Notes under the pieces: model-generated
What the model was told of the DNA's origin: nothing
What the model saw: only the letters and a program-made list of their open reading frames with translations
The model's database searches: none
Source: Rhodospirillaceae bacterium
GTDB lineage: Bacteria; Pseudomonadota; Alphaproteobacteria; GCA-2731375
Assembly: GCA_018660265.1 (NCBI GenBank)
Contig: JABJKS010000106.1
Span: 1,144 to 65,143, forward strand
DNA length: 64,000 nucleotides
Direction of reading: 5' to 3'
Shown here: positions 17,826 through 28,186 of the stretch, one piece after another
Numbering within the stretch: position 1 is the stretch's first letter
Layout of the letters: each line of letters starts with the position of its first letter
Program-made: the position numbers and the translations under genes

Positions 17826-19124
17826 ATGGTTATCGGAATTGTAGTAGGTTTACTTGTACTTGTACTCTCCGCCGTACCGGTAGCGGCTGTACTTGGTATA
17901 TTGAGTTTTGTCCTTGATGAAGTCGCCATGGACGGCAGATTGACCGCCGCCCTGGCGGAGATTTATTGGGACAAGAGCAAGGAATTCATCCTCGTTGCCG
18001 TGCCCATGTTTATCCTGCTGGGTGAGATCATGCTGCGCGCCGGCATCGCACGGCGGATGTATGGCGCGGTCATTCAATGGCTGTCATGGCTACCCGGCGG
18101 CTTGATGCATGCCAATATCGGCTCCTGCACCATATTCGCCGCCTCTTCGGGATCCAGCGTGGCGACGGCTGCAACGGTGGGCACGGTTGCCTATCCGGAA
18201 ATCGAAAAAAGAAAATATAACGAGCGCCTGTTCCTCGGTTCCCTGGCGGCGGGCGGTACTTTGGGTATCCTGGTGCCGCCGTCCATTAATTTAATCATCT
18301 ATGGCTTGTTGACCGATACCTCGGTGCCCGAGCTTTATCTCGCGGGCATTTTCCCAGGCTTGATGCTTGCGGGGCTTTTCATGGTGGCGATTATCGGGGC
18401 CTGCATATACCGGCCATCCTGGGGTGGCGTCAAGGTTGAGACCAATTGGACCGACCGCATCAGAACCCTGCCTGACCTGTTGCCGCCAATCGTCTTATTT
18501 ACCGCCGTTGTCGGCTCCATTTATGCCGGCATAGCCACGCCGACGGAAGCCGCGTCCATCGGCGTCATGGTCGCGCTCATTATCGCCGCCTCCTTCAAAA
18601 GCCTGAATTTCAAGATGCTTCGGGATTCCTTCGAAGGCACCATGCGCACCACGGCCATGATCATGTTGATCGTGTTCGCGGCAATATTTTTGAACTTTGT
18701 TCTTGGCTTCATGGGTATCACCCAGGCGATGCTGGCTTTTATCGCTGATATGGGGCTGACGCCAATACAAACGATCTATTTGATCGTGGCCTTCTATTTG
18801 CTGCTGGGCATGTTCATGGAAACCTTATCCATGATGCTGACTACGATCCCCATCGTCTTTCCCATCGTGATGAAATTGGGCGTGCCGGAATTTTCCGATG
18901 TTTGGTTTGGCATTCTCATTACCTTGCTCATGGAAGCGGCCTTGATCACGCCGCCCATCGGTGTCAATCTTTACGTAGTTCAAGGCATCCGGACCCGGGG
19001 CGGTAAGTTCAACGACGTGGCCATTGGTGCCATTCCCTTTGTCGTCTCCATGCTGTTCATGATCGTGATTTTGATCAGTTGGCCGTCGGTTGCGACCTGG
19101 TTGCCAAATCAGGTTTATCACTAG
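17826..19124 (+). CDS. dctM: TRAP transporter large permease (DctM family)
   Basis: The ATG at 17826 lies 4 nt after the dctQ stop. The protein is about 432 aa, polytopic and DctM-like. Confidence 0.8.
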   Translation: MVIGIVVGLLVLVLSAVPVAAVLGILSFVLDEVAMDGRLTAALAEIYWDKSKEFILVAVPMFILLGEIMLRAGIARRMYGAVIQWLSWLPGGLMHANIGSCTIFAASSGSSVATAATVGTVAYPEIEKRKYNERLFLGSLAAGGTLGILVPPSINLIIYGLLTDTSVPELYLAGIFPGLMLAGLFMVAIIGACIYRPSWGGVKVETNWTDRIRTLPDLLPPIVLFTAVVGSIYAGIATPTEAASIGVMVALIIAASFKSLNFKMLRDSFEGTMRTTAMIMLIVFAAIFLNFVLGFMGITQAMLAFIADMGLTPIQTIYLIVAFYLLLGMFMETLSMMLTTIPIVFPIVMKLGVPEFSDVWFGILITLLMEAALITPPIGVNLYVVQGIRTRGGKFNDVAIGAIPFVVSMLFMIVILISWPSVATWLPNQVYH

Positions 19125-19199
19125 GTTTTATTGTTGGGAATTGGCGCAGGGGATTAGCAGGCAAATTAGCCCCTTGTCATGATTTAGGTGGAGTGAACG

Positions 19200-21251
19200 A
19201 TGGCCTGGATCATCGGCGTTGATGTCGGCGGAACTTTTACGGATTTTCACGTTTATGACGATGAAAGCGGTGAGCTGCGCATCCATAAGACCCCTTCGAC
19301 ACCGGATAACCCGGCCAGGGCGGTCCTGAACGGCATTAATGAGCTGTCTGATGATATGAAGCTGGCGGATGTCAGCCGCCTATCCCACGGCACTACCGTG
19401 GCCACCAATGCCCTGATCCAGCGCCGTGGCGGCAAAGTGGCCTTGCTGGTCACCGAAGGGTTTCGTGATCTGCTGGAAATTGGCCGGCAAATCCGCCCCC
19501 ACATGTTCAGTTTTCAACAGGATCACCCAACCCCCCTGGTGCCGCGAGAGAGGCGTTTGGAGGTGGCCGAACGTATTCTTTTTGACGGCTCGGTTCATCG
19601 GCCTTTAACTCAAGCCGCAATCGATGGTGCCGTCGTCGCCGTACGGGAAAGCGGTGCCGATTGCCTGGCGATTTGTTTGATATTCGGCTTCATCAATCCC
19701 GATCACGAGAGGCGATTGCGCGACGCCCTTACATCGGCCCTGCCGGATCTACAGATCTCTATCTCATCAGAGGTGCAGCCGGAGTTTCGCGAGTACGAGC
19801 GTCTGTCCACGACCGTCCTGAATGCCTTTCTACAGCCAATCATGGGCAGCTATCTGACCGAATTCGAGGATCAACTGACCAAGTTGATGCCCAATGCAGA
19901 CCTGGGCATCAACCAATCCGCCGGCGGCCTGATGACACCCAGCCGGGCCCGGCAGCTGCCCATTCGCACGGCCCTATCGGGGCCGGCGGCAGGCGTCGTC
20001 GGGGCGGTTGATGCCGCGCGCTCCGCCGATCTGACCAACGTTATCACGCTTGATATGGGCGGTACCTCGGCCGATGTCTGCCTGATCCGCGATTTAGAGG
20101 CTGATGTGGCCTATGACCGCTGGATTGAAGGCTACCCGGTGCGCCTGGCCAGTGTGGATGTGAACGCGGTTGGCGCGGGGGGTGGTTCCATCGCCTGGTT
20201 TGAACGGGATGGTCTGATGAAGGTGGGACCACAAAGTGCAGGCGCGGTGCCTGGCCCGGCCTGTTATGGTCAGGGCGGTACGGAGCCGACGGTTTCGGAC
20301 GCCAATCTGGTGCTGGGCCGGTTATCACCGAAAGGTCTGTTGGGCGGCGGTATGGCTCTTGACGTTGACGCCGCGCGCGCCTCCCTGACACCAGCCGCAG
20401 AACGCCTGGGCATGACAATTGAGCGCACGGCGCATGGTATTCTAGGTATTGTTGCTGCCAATATGGTCCGCGCCATCCGAACTATATCCGTCGAACGGGG
20501 CCATGATCCCCGTGATTTTGTCTTGCTGCCGTTCGGCGGTGCTGGGCCGTTGCATGCAGTTGATGTGGCCCGTGCGCTTGGTATCAACCGGATGTTGGTG
20601 CCCATGGCACCGGGCATTCTGTGCGCTCGTGGATTGGTGGTGTCCGATTTGCGGGAAGGTTTCGTTATTAGCCGGGTGATGCCGTTGGTGGCAGACGCCA
20701 TGGGCGACATCACGGCCAATCTTGTGGATTTGGGACGGCAAGCAGCAGCTTGGTTCGCGCAGGCGGGCATTGATGCGGACGACCGGCAAACCATGTTCAG
20801 CCTGGATATGCGCTATATCGGGCAAAATTACGAATTGCAGGTGGACCTTGATGATGCCCAGGCCCAGGTGCCCGCGCTTTCGGTCCTGGCGGAAAAATTC
20901 TTCGCCGCTCATGAACGCAGCTATGGCTATCATAATCCCGAAGACCCGGTGGAAGTTGTGAACCTGCGGGTTACGGCCATTGGTCGCTTGGCAGGTCCAG
21001 GTGATGGGGGCTGGCAGGCGATGGCAGCGCCGGGTACCAAGGCGCAGGCGGATACCACCCGACAGGTCTGGTTCAGTGGTGATACCTCGGTAGAGACACC
21101 GGTCTATGATCGGGCCAAGTTGCTGCCGGGTCATGAATTTGACGGTCCTGCGGTAATAGAGCAACTGGATGCCACCACGATTTTGGCCCCAGGGGATCAA
21201 TGCCGCATTGACCAAGCCGGCAATCTATATGTGGAGCTAAGCCATGAATAG
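19200..21251 (+). CDS. hyuA: Hydantoinase/oxoprolinase family A subunit (HyuA-like; N-methylhydantoinase A, caprolactamase alpha or 5-oxoprolinase A family)
   Basis: The N-terminus MAWIIGVDVGGTFTDFHVYDDESG is the hallmark Hydant_A_N motif. 683 aa. Confidence 0.85.
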   Translation: MAWIIGVDVGGTFTDFHVYDDESGELRIHKTPSTPDNPARAVLNGINELSDDMKLADVSRLSHGTTVATNALIQRRGGKVALLVTEGFRDLLEIGRQIRPHMFSFQQDHPTPLVPRERRLEVAERILFDGSVHRPLTQAAIDGAVVAVRESGADCLAICLIFGFINPDHERRLRDALTSALPDLQISISSEVQPEFREYERLSTTVLNAFLQPIMGSYLTEFEDQLTKLMPNADLGINQSAGGLMTPSRARQLPIRTALSGPAAGVVGAVDAARSADLTNVITLDMGGTSADVCLIRDLEADVAYDRWIEGYPVRLASVDVNAVGAGGGSIAWFERDGLMKVGPQSAGAVPGPACYGQGGTEPTVSDANLVLGRLSPKGLLGGGMALDVDAARASLTPAAERLGMTIERTAHGILGIVAANMVRAIRTISVERGHDPRDFVLLPFGGAGPLHAVDVARALGINRMLVPMAPGILCARGLVVSDLREGFVISRVMPLVADAMGDITANLVDLGRQAAAWFAQAGIDADDRQTMFSLDMRYIGQNYELQVDLDDAQAQVPALSVLAEKFFAAHERSYGYHNPEDPVEVVNLRVTAIGRLAGPGDGGWQAMAAPGTKAQADTTRQVWFSGDTSVETPVYDRAKLLPGHEFDGPAVIEQLDATTILAPGDQCRIDQAGNLYVELSHE

Positions 21252-22950
21252 TACAGCGACGCCTGACACCGCGGAAATTGACCCCATCACCCTGGAAATT
21301 TTGCGAAACAGCCTGCGTTCGATCACCGATGAAAGCTATATCGCCCTGACCAAGGCGGCCTATTCCACCAACATCAAGGAACGCCGGGATCATTCAATTG
21401 CCATTACCGACGCCCGGGGGCGGTTGGTGGTGCAATCGGAAAACTCCCTGCCCATCCATCTCGCCTCCATGCTGGGGATGATGGAAGCCCTGACCGCGAA
21501 ATACAGCGCCGACGACATGACGCCGGGCGATATTTTCGTTGCCAATGATCCATATGTCGCGGGCGGCACCCATTTACCGGACGTCAATTTAGCGATGCCG
21601 GTCTTCATTGACGGGGAACTGTTGGGCTTCGTCTGTAATATCGCGCACCATGCGGACATTGGCGGCATGACGCCCGGCAGTATGGCTGGTGGGATGTCGG
21701 AGATTTATCAGGAAGGTCTGCGTATTCCCCTGGTACGCCTGTTTGCGGGCGGCGAGTTGGTGCAGGATATTTTCGATCTGCTGTTATTGAACGTCCGGGT
21801 GCCGCATGAACGCCGGGGTGATTATTTCGCCCAGGTCGCGGCCTGCCGCCTTGGTTCCCGCCGAATGGCGGAATTGGCCCAGCGCTATGCGCCTGAAATG
21901 CTGGTGCGTTCGTTTGATGCCATTATGGATCGAACGGAAGGCCGCCTGCGTGACGGCATTCGTACTATTCCCGATGGGGTCTACGAATTTGCCGATCTGC
22001 TGGATAACGATGGTATGGGCACGGTGGATATCCCCATTGCTGTCCGTATCGAGGTGAAGGGCGCGGATATTGCCTTTGATTTTGCCGGTACGGGCGACCA
22101 AATGAAGGGCAATTTCAACATGACCTTCAACGCCGCGCAATCGGCGGTGTACTACGTCCTGAAGGCGATGCTGGACCCTGATTTGCCCAACAATTACGGC
22201 TTGATCCGGGCAGTGGAGATTAGCGCGCCACTGGGTTGTCTGGTCAATGCAGTTCACCCGGGCGCGGTGGCGGGCCGGGCCAATACCTCGCAACGGGTCG
22301 TCGATGTGCTGATCGGTGCCATGGCACAGGCCTTGCCCGAACAAGCCGTGGGCGCTGCCAATGGGGCCAATGTGACAGCAGTATTTTTTGGCCACGATCC
22401 CCGCCACGACCGGCCTTACTTATACCTGGAGACCCTGGGCGGCGGCTTTGGTGGCCGTTTTACCAAGGATGGAAAAGATGGCGTGCAGGTGCATATTACC
22501 AACACCTCCAACCTGCCCGTAGAATCAATCGAGGCGGAGTATCCCCTGCTGGTGGAAAGTTATGGCCTGATCCCGGATTCGGGCGGTGCCGGCAAATATC
22601 GGGGCGGCCTGGGCATTCGCCGGGTGGTGCGGCCTTTGGGGCACGAGACCGTTTTCTCAGGCATGGGTGAACGCTTCAAGCATCAGCCGTGGGGTATTTT
22701 TGGCGGCGGGCCCGGCGGAACGGGACGTTTCTCTGTCCAGGGTCCCAGCCATAATGACGAGACCTTGCCCGACAAACCGAACCATGTACCCCTCGGCCCT
22801 GAAGATGCTGTGATCATCGAAACTCCAGGTGCCGGCGGCTATGGTGAACCGCGTGAGCGGGAGGCCGAAGCCTTGGCCGCCGACTATCGCGACGGTAAGT
22901 TCAGCGCGGAATACCTGCGCCAACATTACGGTTTTGAGCCTGCGGAATAG
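21244..22950 (+). CDS. hyuB: Hydantoinase B/oxoprolinase family subunit (HyuB-like)
   Basis: A 568 aa protein overlapping hyuA by 8 nt, with conserved Hydantoinase_B blocks (DPYVAGGTHLPD, GGGFGGR). Confidence 0.85.
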   Translation: MNSTATPDTAEIDPITLEILRNSLRSITDESYIALTKAAYSTNIKERRDHSIAITDARGRLVVQSENSLPIHLASMLGMMEALTAKYSADDMTPGDIFVANDPYVAGGTHLPDVNLAMPVFIDGELLGFVCNIAHHADIGGMTPGSMAGGMSEIYQEGLRIPLVRLFAGGELVQDIFDLLLLNVRVPHERRGDYFAQVAACRLGSRRMAELAQRYAPEMLVRSFDAIMDRTEGRLRDGIRTIPDGVYEFADLLDNDGMGTVDIPIAVRIEVKGADIAFDFAGTGDQMKGNFNMTFNAAQSAVYYVLKAMLDPDLPNNYGLIRAVEISAPLGCLVNAVHPGAVAGRANTSQRVVDVLIGAMAQALPEQAVGAANGANVTAVFFGHDPRHDRPYLYLETLGGGFGGRFTKDGKDGVQVHITNTSNLPVESIEAEYPLLVESYGLIPDSGGAGKYRGGLGIRRVVRPLGHETVFSGMGERFKHQPWGIFGGGPGGTGRFSVQGPSHNDETLPDKPNHVPLGPEDAVIIETPGAGGYGEPREREAEALAADYRDGKFSAEYLRQHYGFEPAE

Positions 22951-22963
22951 GAGCTGCTGTCTG

Positions 22964-24064
22964 ATGGATATGGCGCGCCCCGCGTGGATAGAGATCGATT
23001 TGGCCGCCCTACGCTATAACGTTGGCCTGCTGCATGAACGGGTTGGAGCGGACGTCGAGGTTATGGCCGTCATCAAAAGCGACGGTTTTGGCTGTGGTGC
23101 CGCCGTGATCGCGGCGGCTGTGTTGGACGGGGGTGCCGAAAGCCTTGCCGTCGGCAACCCTGACGATGCCCGCGCCGTTCGTGATGCCGGCATTGACGCG
23201 CCGATGTTGCTTTATGCATCGACCCCACCAAGTGCTGCGGCACAGGTCGCGGCCCTGGACGTGATCGCCACAGTACACGATCTGGAAAGCCTGGCGGCTT
23301 TTGATGGGTTAGGAAAACCCATGGATGTGCAATTCAAGATCGAGGCCGGTTTGGGCCGTTTGGGCTTGAACCCCGACGATTGGCAGGCCGCATACGGGGC
23401 GGTTCAGGCGTCTGATAATCTGCGCCTGGTGGGGATCTATACCCACCTTAACGGGCCTGACAATCCTGCCTCTATCAAACGCCAGATTGCCGAGTTCGAC
23501 CGCGCCTACAAAATCGGTCTGGGCGCGGGCTTTAATAATCTTCGGCGTATGGTGGCATCGTCGAACGTCGTCCTGGGTTATCCGGAACTGAACTATGATG
23601 CGGTCAATGCGGGTCGCTTGATGTTCCATCTGTTAGATGGCAAATGGGCCGATATGATCGATACCCGGCCCGTCATGTCGGCAGTGAAAAGCGCCATCAT
23701 CCAGGTTAAGGAATTTCCTGCCGGTGCTGTCGTTGGCTTTCTGGGCCCGGAACCGATTGCGAAACCAACCCGTTTGGCGGTAATGCCCATCGGCTTTGGC
23801 GATGGTTTCAAGCATCGTCCGCCCTTGGGTGAAGTTCTGGTGCATGCTCAGCGTGCGCCTGTGGTCGGTCGCCGGGGCATCGAACACACTGTGATCGACG
23901 TTACCGATATCGGCGCGGCATCTGTCGGTGATGAAGTGGTATTGTTGGGCCAGCAAGACGGGGCTGAGATTAGCGGCACGGAACTGGGTGACTGGCTTGA
24001 CCTGCCGCTGATGGAAATTTTGCCCCGTCTGGCCCGAACCCTGCCAAAGGTCTATCTGGGCTGA
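22964..24064 (+). CDS. Alanine racemase-fold PLP enzyme (amino-acid racemase family)
   Basis: Contains VIKSDGFGCG with the PLP-binding lysine, at the Ala-racemase N-terminal motif position. The ATG at 22964 has the RBS ggag. Confidence 0.7.
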   Translation: MDMARPAWIEIDLAALRYNVGLLHERVGADVEVMAVIKSDGFGCGAAVIAAAVLDGGAESLAVGNPDDARAVRDAGIDAPMLLYASTPPSAAAQVAALDVIATVHDLESLAAFDGLGKPMDVQFKIEAGLGRLGLNPDDWQAAYGAVQASDNLRLVGIYTHLNGPDNPASIKRQIAEFDRAYKIGLGAGFNNLRRMVASSNVVLGYPELNYDAVNAGRLMFHLLDGKWADMIDTRPVMSAVKSAIIQVKEFPAGAVVGFLGPEPIAKPTRLAVMPIGFGDGFKHRPPLGEVLVHAQRAPVVGRRGIEHTVIDVTDIGAASVGDEVVLLGQQDGAEISGTELGDWLDLPLMEILPRLARTLPKVYLG

Positions 24065-24082
24065 TCCAAAGCTTCAATAGCG

Positions 24083-25633
24083 CTATTGCTTCTTTGAATT
24101 CCCAAGCATGAACGCGGGCACCAAGGCGAAGATGAAGACGACAGCGGTGATCAAAAAGCTATCCTGGAAGCCCATGGTATAGGCCTGGGCCTCAATCACA
24201 CGGCCCAGAAAATGTAATGATCCGGGCTGTAACAGGGCATCGGATGCGCCACCGCGGGCTAGAAGTTCTGCAATCTGGTCGAGGAGTAGCCTACTTTGCG
24301 GATTGTCGTGGGTTTGTGTGGTTGTCAGTGCGGCTGAATGGATTTCCGTCCGTTTTTCCATAAAGACAACCAGCAGATTAACGCCAAAGGCACCGCCCAT
24401 CAAACGCACGAAATTGATCGTGCCTGATGCGTTATTGAGTTTTTCAGGCGGCAATGCGTTGAGTGCGGAGACATTGATGGCCGGTAACATAATACTCTGA
24501 CCAATACGTCCGACGATCACATAGACAACCAGTGTTAAAAAGGCGGTGTTGACGTCTGTCAGATGCAGCAAAACGGAGCCAAAGGCAAACAGCAGCAGGC
24601 CGATGATGGTCAAATTGCGGGCCGGAAAAACATCTACCATACGACCGGCAATGGGAAAGAACAGCATCACAACAAAGCCCGCGGGCATGGTCACCAGGCC
24701 GGCATCTGTTGGGGTGAAGTTCTGCACGGTTTGTACGAAGACCGGTATCAAATAGATTGTCGCAAAATTCCCAGCCCCAAAGACGAAGCCAAGCGCCGCC
24801 GCCGCAGCGAATTGGCGATAGCGAAAGACGGCGAAGTCTAGAATGGGCGCACTTGCGCGCAACTGCGACATTACGAAGGCAACGAACAGGCCGATGCCCA
24901 TGAAGCCTAACAACAGGATCTTGTCGGATGTCCAGCCATCCCTATGGCCGTTGGCAATGGCGGTCATGGCGCAAATAATGGCACCGACAATCAGGCCATA
25001 GCCGATCCAATTAAACGGCAGTCGCGCACTCTCCTCATCCCGTGTCGGCATGAACAAAGTACCGAGAACGATGGAGAGGCCGGCAAACGGCAACGGAATA
25101 AAGAACATATAGCGCCAGCTGATGGCATCGATCGTTATGCCGCCAACGACCGGCCCCATGACCGGTGCCAGCATGATGCCCATGCCATAAAGGCTGAGGG
25201 CCAGGCCTCGATTTTGGATGGGGAAAGCGCGAAAAATTGTCACCATCACAATCGGTTGCACAATCCCGGCGGCCACCCCCTGCAAAGTTCGCGCCGCAAT
25301 GAGGACGTCAATATTAGGTGCCACTGCGCCAAGCAGTGAACCGGCAATGAACAATGCCACCGCGCCAAGGTATCCGCCTCGTGGTCCGGCCACCGACATA
25401 GCCCAGGCACCCAGCAGCTGGCTGGCCGTCATTGCCGACAGAAACGCCGTGGACATCCACTGTGCTTCGCCTTGCCCAACGCCGAATGTTCCCATGATTG
25501 AGGGCACGGCGACGTTTACCATTGTCGATGACAAAATCATCGTCATGGCCGCCATCATGCCCGTCACGGCAACAATCCATCGATACGAAGGACCATAGCG
25601 TGCGCGCAATGTCTCGACAGTCTCCGTCGTCAA
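24083..25633 (-). CDS. MFS transporter, DHA2 (14-TMS EmrB/QacA-like) family
   Basis: A 516 aa protein with 14 predicted transmembrane segments and the DHA2-like motif MVNVAVPSI. The start codon at 25633 is TTG, so the exact start is uncertain. Confidence 0.75.
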   Translation of the reverse strand: MTTETVETLRARYGPSYRWIVAVTGMMAAMTMILSSTMVNVAVPSIMGTFGVGQGEAQWMSTAFLSAMTASQLLGAWAMSVAGPRGGYLGAVALFIAGSLLGAVAPNIDVLIAARTLQGVAAGIVQPIVMVTIFRAFPIQNRGLALSLYGMGIMLAPVMGPVVGGITIDAISWRYMFFIPLPFAGLSIVLGTLFMPTRDEESARLPFNWIGYGLIVGAIICAMTAIANGHRDGWTSDKILLLGFMGIGLFVAFVMSQLRASAPILDFAVFRYRQFAAAAALGFVFGAGNFATIYLIPVFVQTVQNFTPTDAGLVTMPAGFVVMLFFPIAGRMVDVFPARNLTIIGLLLFAFGSVLLHLTDVNTAFLTLVVYVIVGRIGQSIMLPAINVSALNALPPEKLNNASGTINFVRLMGGAFGVNLLVVFMEKRTEIHSAALTTTQTHDNPQSRLLLDQIAELLARGGASDALLQPGSLHFLGRVIEAQAYTMGFQDSFLITAVVFIFALVPAFMLGNSKKQ

Positions 25634-25779
25634 TCCACGCCTGACTTTCAGTAAATGGGCAAATAGGGATTTGCCCTATTTGGATCTAGCTGGTGCTTAC
25701 CTGCAGAACCAGAATATCCCATATATCCCGGTGTATACGCCAGCCCGCCGCCCACCAGCCGCTAAATTCGCTAAATCCG

Positions 25780-27354
25780 CTAAATGGGGGAAATTGGGCG
25801 CACCCTTGGCGGGCCCATGTCGGGCCGGCGCGCCGGGCAGGAGGCGAACGTTTCGATCAGGATCTGCCGTGTGTCGCGCGGGTCGATGACATCATCAATG
25901 CCGAAGTCACGGGCCGCGTCCATAGCCCCGGTCTGAGCCTTAATTCGCTCAATCATGCCGGTGCGGGCAGCATCGGGATCGTCCGCTGCCATGTAATATT
26001 TTTTGTAGGCGACATCCACGGCACCTTCGATGGACATGGCGCAAATCTCTGCCGTGGGCCAGGCGAAGGCGGCATCCGCATCAAAGGCGCGCCCGCCGCC
26101 CATGGCGTAATAACCGCCGCCGTAACCTTTTCGCAGCACCACGGAAACCCGCGGCACCGTCGCCACGCCCATCTCAAAGAACAGCCGGCCGCTGCGCTGG
26201 CCCAGGCCGGTATCTTCGGCGTCAGGCCCAATGGCGATACCGGGAATATCGATCAACGATACCAGGGGCAGGCCGAAGGCATCACACATGGCAATAAAAT
26301 GCGCCACTTTTTCGCACGCAGGGGTGTCCAGAATACCGCCCTTGCGCAAGGGTTGATTGGCGAAAAAGCCAACCGGGCGGCCATCCAGCCGGGCAAAGCA
26401 GGTGATGATATTGCGGGCGTAGTCCGGTTTCAGCTCAAACGTACTATCCACATCGGCGATGATCTTGATCACCTTGCGCATGTCATAGACCTTGCGGGGG
26501 GACGCCGTGACCAGGTCCAACAGTTTATCGTCCCGGCGGTCAATGGGGTCATCGCATGCCGTAATGGGCAAGGGCTGTGCGGAATTTTGCGGCAGGTAGG
26601 ACAGGAATTTCCGCACGGCTTCCAGGCATTCTTCCTCCGTATCCACGGCCAAATCGGCGATACCTTGTTCTTCGGCCTGGCGTTTGGCACCGCCCAGGTC
26701 CTCCTTGGAAATATCTATGCCCATTCCCGCCTTGACCAGTGCTGGGCCCGCAATGCCCATGGTGGATTTGCCGCGCAACATAACGACGAAGTCGGCCAGG
26801 GAAGCATAGGCCGTGGGTCCGGCAAAGCCCTGGCCCATCATGGCGACAACGTTAGGCACCCAGCCGGACAGCTTGCACATATTATTGAAAACGGGGGATG
26901 CGGCAGCGAAATGGGCCGCGTTCATGCCATCCTGAATTCGGTGGCCGCCACCTTCCAACATCATCACCATGGGCAGGCCGCGCACGACGCTGCGCTGTAT
27001 CAGGCGGCCAACTTTGTTATCGGCGACCGAGCCGATGCTGCCGCCATGAACCGTGAAGTCCTGGCCAAAGATACAAACCTCCCGCCCATCGACCTTGGCG
27101 GTGCCGGTAATCGCGCCATCGGCAGGTGCGATCAGATCGCGGCTTAACTCGTTACTGCGTTCCGGTTCCACCAAAGCGCCCATTTCGCGAAAACTATCCG
27201 CATCGACAAATTGTTCAATGCGTTCCCGTGCCGTGCCCATGTCAAAGGCCCGGCGTTTGGCCACGGCCTCGGGGCGTCCCTCGTCCATCACCTTGGTTCT
27301 GGCAGCCTGCAGTTGTTCCAGTTTGTCCCGTGATGTGGGCTCGGTCATGCTCAA
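25780..27354 (-). CDS. Acyl-CoA carboxylase carboxyltransferase beta subunit (PccB / MccB / AtuC-like)
   Basis: A 524 aa protein with the two-domain carboxyltransferase architecture and conserved glycine-rich oxyanion regions. Confidence 0.85.
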   Translation of the reverse strand: MSMTEPTSRDKLEQLQAARTKVMDEGRPEAVAKRRAFDMGTARERIEQFVDADSFREMGALVEPERSNELSRDLIAPADGAITGTAKVDGREVCIFGQDFTVHGGSIGSVADNKVGRLIQRSVVRGLPMVMMLEGGGHRIQDGMNAAHFAAASPVFNNMCKLSGWVPNVVAMMGQGFAGPTAYASLADFVVMLRGKSTMGIAGPALVKAGMGIDISKEDLGGAKRQAEEQGIADLAVDTEEECLEAVRKFLSYLPQNSAQPLPITACDDPIDRRDDKLLDLVTASPRKVYDMRKVIKIIADVDSTFELKPDYARNIITCFARLDGRPVGFFANQPLRKGGILDTPACEKVAHFIAMCDAFGLPLVSLIDIPGIAIGPDAEDTGLGQRSGRLFFEMGVATVPRVSVVLRKGYGGGYYAMGGGRAFDADAAFAWPTAEICAMSIEGAVDVAYKKYYMAADDPDAARTGMIERIKAQTGAMDAARDFGIDDVIDPRDTRQILIETFASCPARRPDMGPPRVRPISPI

Positions 27355-27379
27355 TACGCTCCTACTACAAATTCAATCT

Positions 27380-28186
27380 TCACCTCGTCCACACTGGCTT
27401 GCGTTTTTCAATGAACGAGGCAACACCTTCCCGGCCTTCATCCGATAGCATGCATTCCGCAAAGCCTTTTGCGGACAGATCAAGCATGTCTTCTCTATTC
27501 AGATGGCGTGTGGCCAGGGCGATTTCCTTGGTCACGGCATTGGCACCAGGGGCGCAGCGCAACACCTGCTTCCGGATATCGGCCTCGATGGCATCTAATC
27601 CGGCGGCATCATCGACGACATAGTCAGCCAGACCCAGTCTGCCGGCCTCTTCCCCATCGAAACGGGATGCCGTTAGCATCAAACGCCGGGCCGTGCGCAG
27701 GCCAAGGCGCTGGACCACAAAGGGCGCGATCTGCGCCGGCGGCAGGCCAATGGCGGTCTCCGTCATGGCAAAACGCGCGTCCTTGGTGACGGCGACAATA
27801 TCGGCTGTGCAGACCATGCCGAGGCCACCGGCCATGGCGGCACCCTCAACCAGAATGACGACAACTTGCGGCATCTCGTTGATGGTATCGAACATGCCGC
27901 CCGCTGCACGGTTGGCGGCGGCGATATCAGCCGTTGTCTGTACGCCGCCCTGAAAGTTGGATTTGAAGCCTTTCAAGTCGCCACCAGCGCAAAACCAACC
28001 ACCCTTGCCGCGAATGGTAATGCCGCGCACGGTGCGGTCATCGCGCACAGCAGCCAGCACGGCGCGCAATTCCGCCGTCATCTCGTGGGCCAGGGCGTTG
28101 CGGGATTCTGGGCGATTGAACCAAATGGTCAACCAATCAGCGTCCTGGTCCAGGATCAGGTCTTTGACTTCGGGTAATGTCGTCAT
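27380..28186 (-). CDS. Enoyl-CoA hydratase/isomerase (crotonase) family
   Basis: A 268 aa protein with the crotonase fold motifs (ILVEGAAMAGGLGM). Confidence 0.8.
   Translation of the reverse strand: MTTLPEVKDLILDQDADWLTIWFNRPESRNALAHEMTAELRAVLAAVRDDRTVRGITIRGKGGWFCAGGDLKGFKSNFQGGVQTTADIAAANRAAGGMFDTINEMPQVVVILVEGAAMAGGLGMVCTADIVAVTKDARFAMTETAIGLPPAQIAPFVVQRLGLRTARRLMLTASRFDGEEAGRLGLADYVVDDAAGLDAIEADIRKQVLRCAPGANAVTKEIALATRHLNREDMLDLSAKGFAECMLSDEGREGVASFIEKRKPVWTR

Noticed and set aside
25693-27147. 484 aa plus-strand ORF
   Set aside because: Antisense to the carboxyltransferase beta gene. The translation is Gly/Ala/Arg-rich and lacks motifs.
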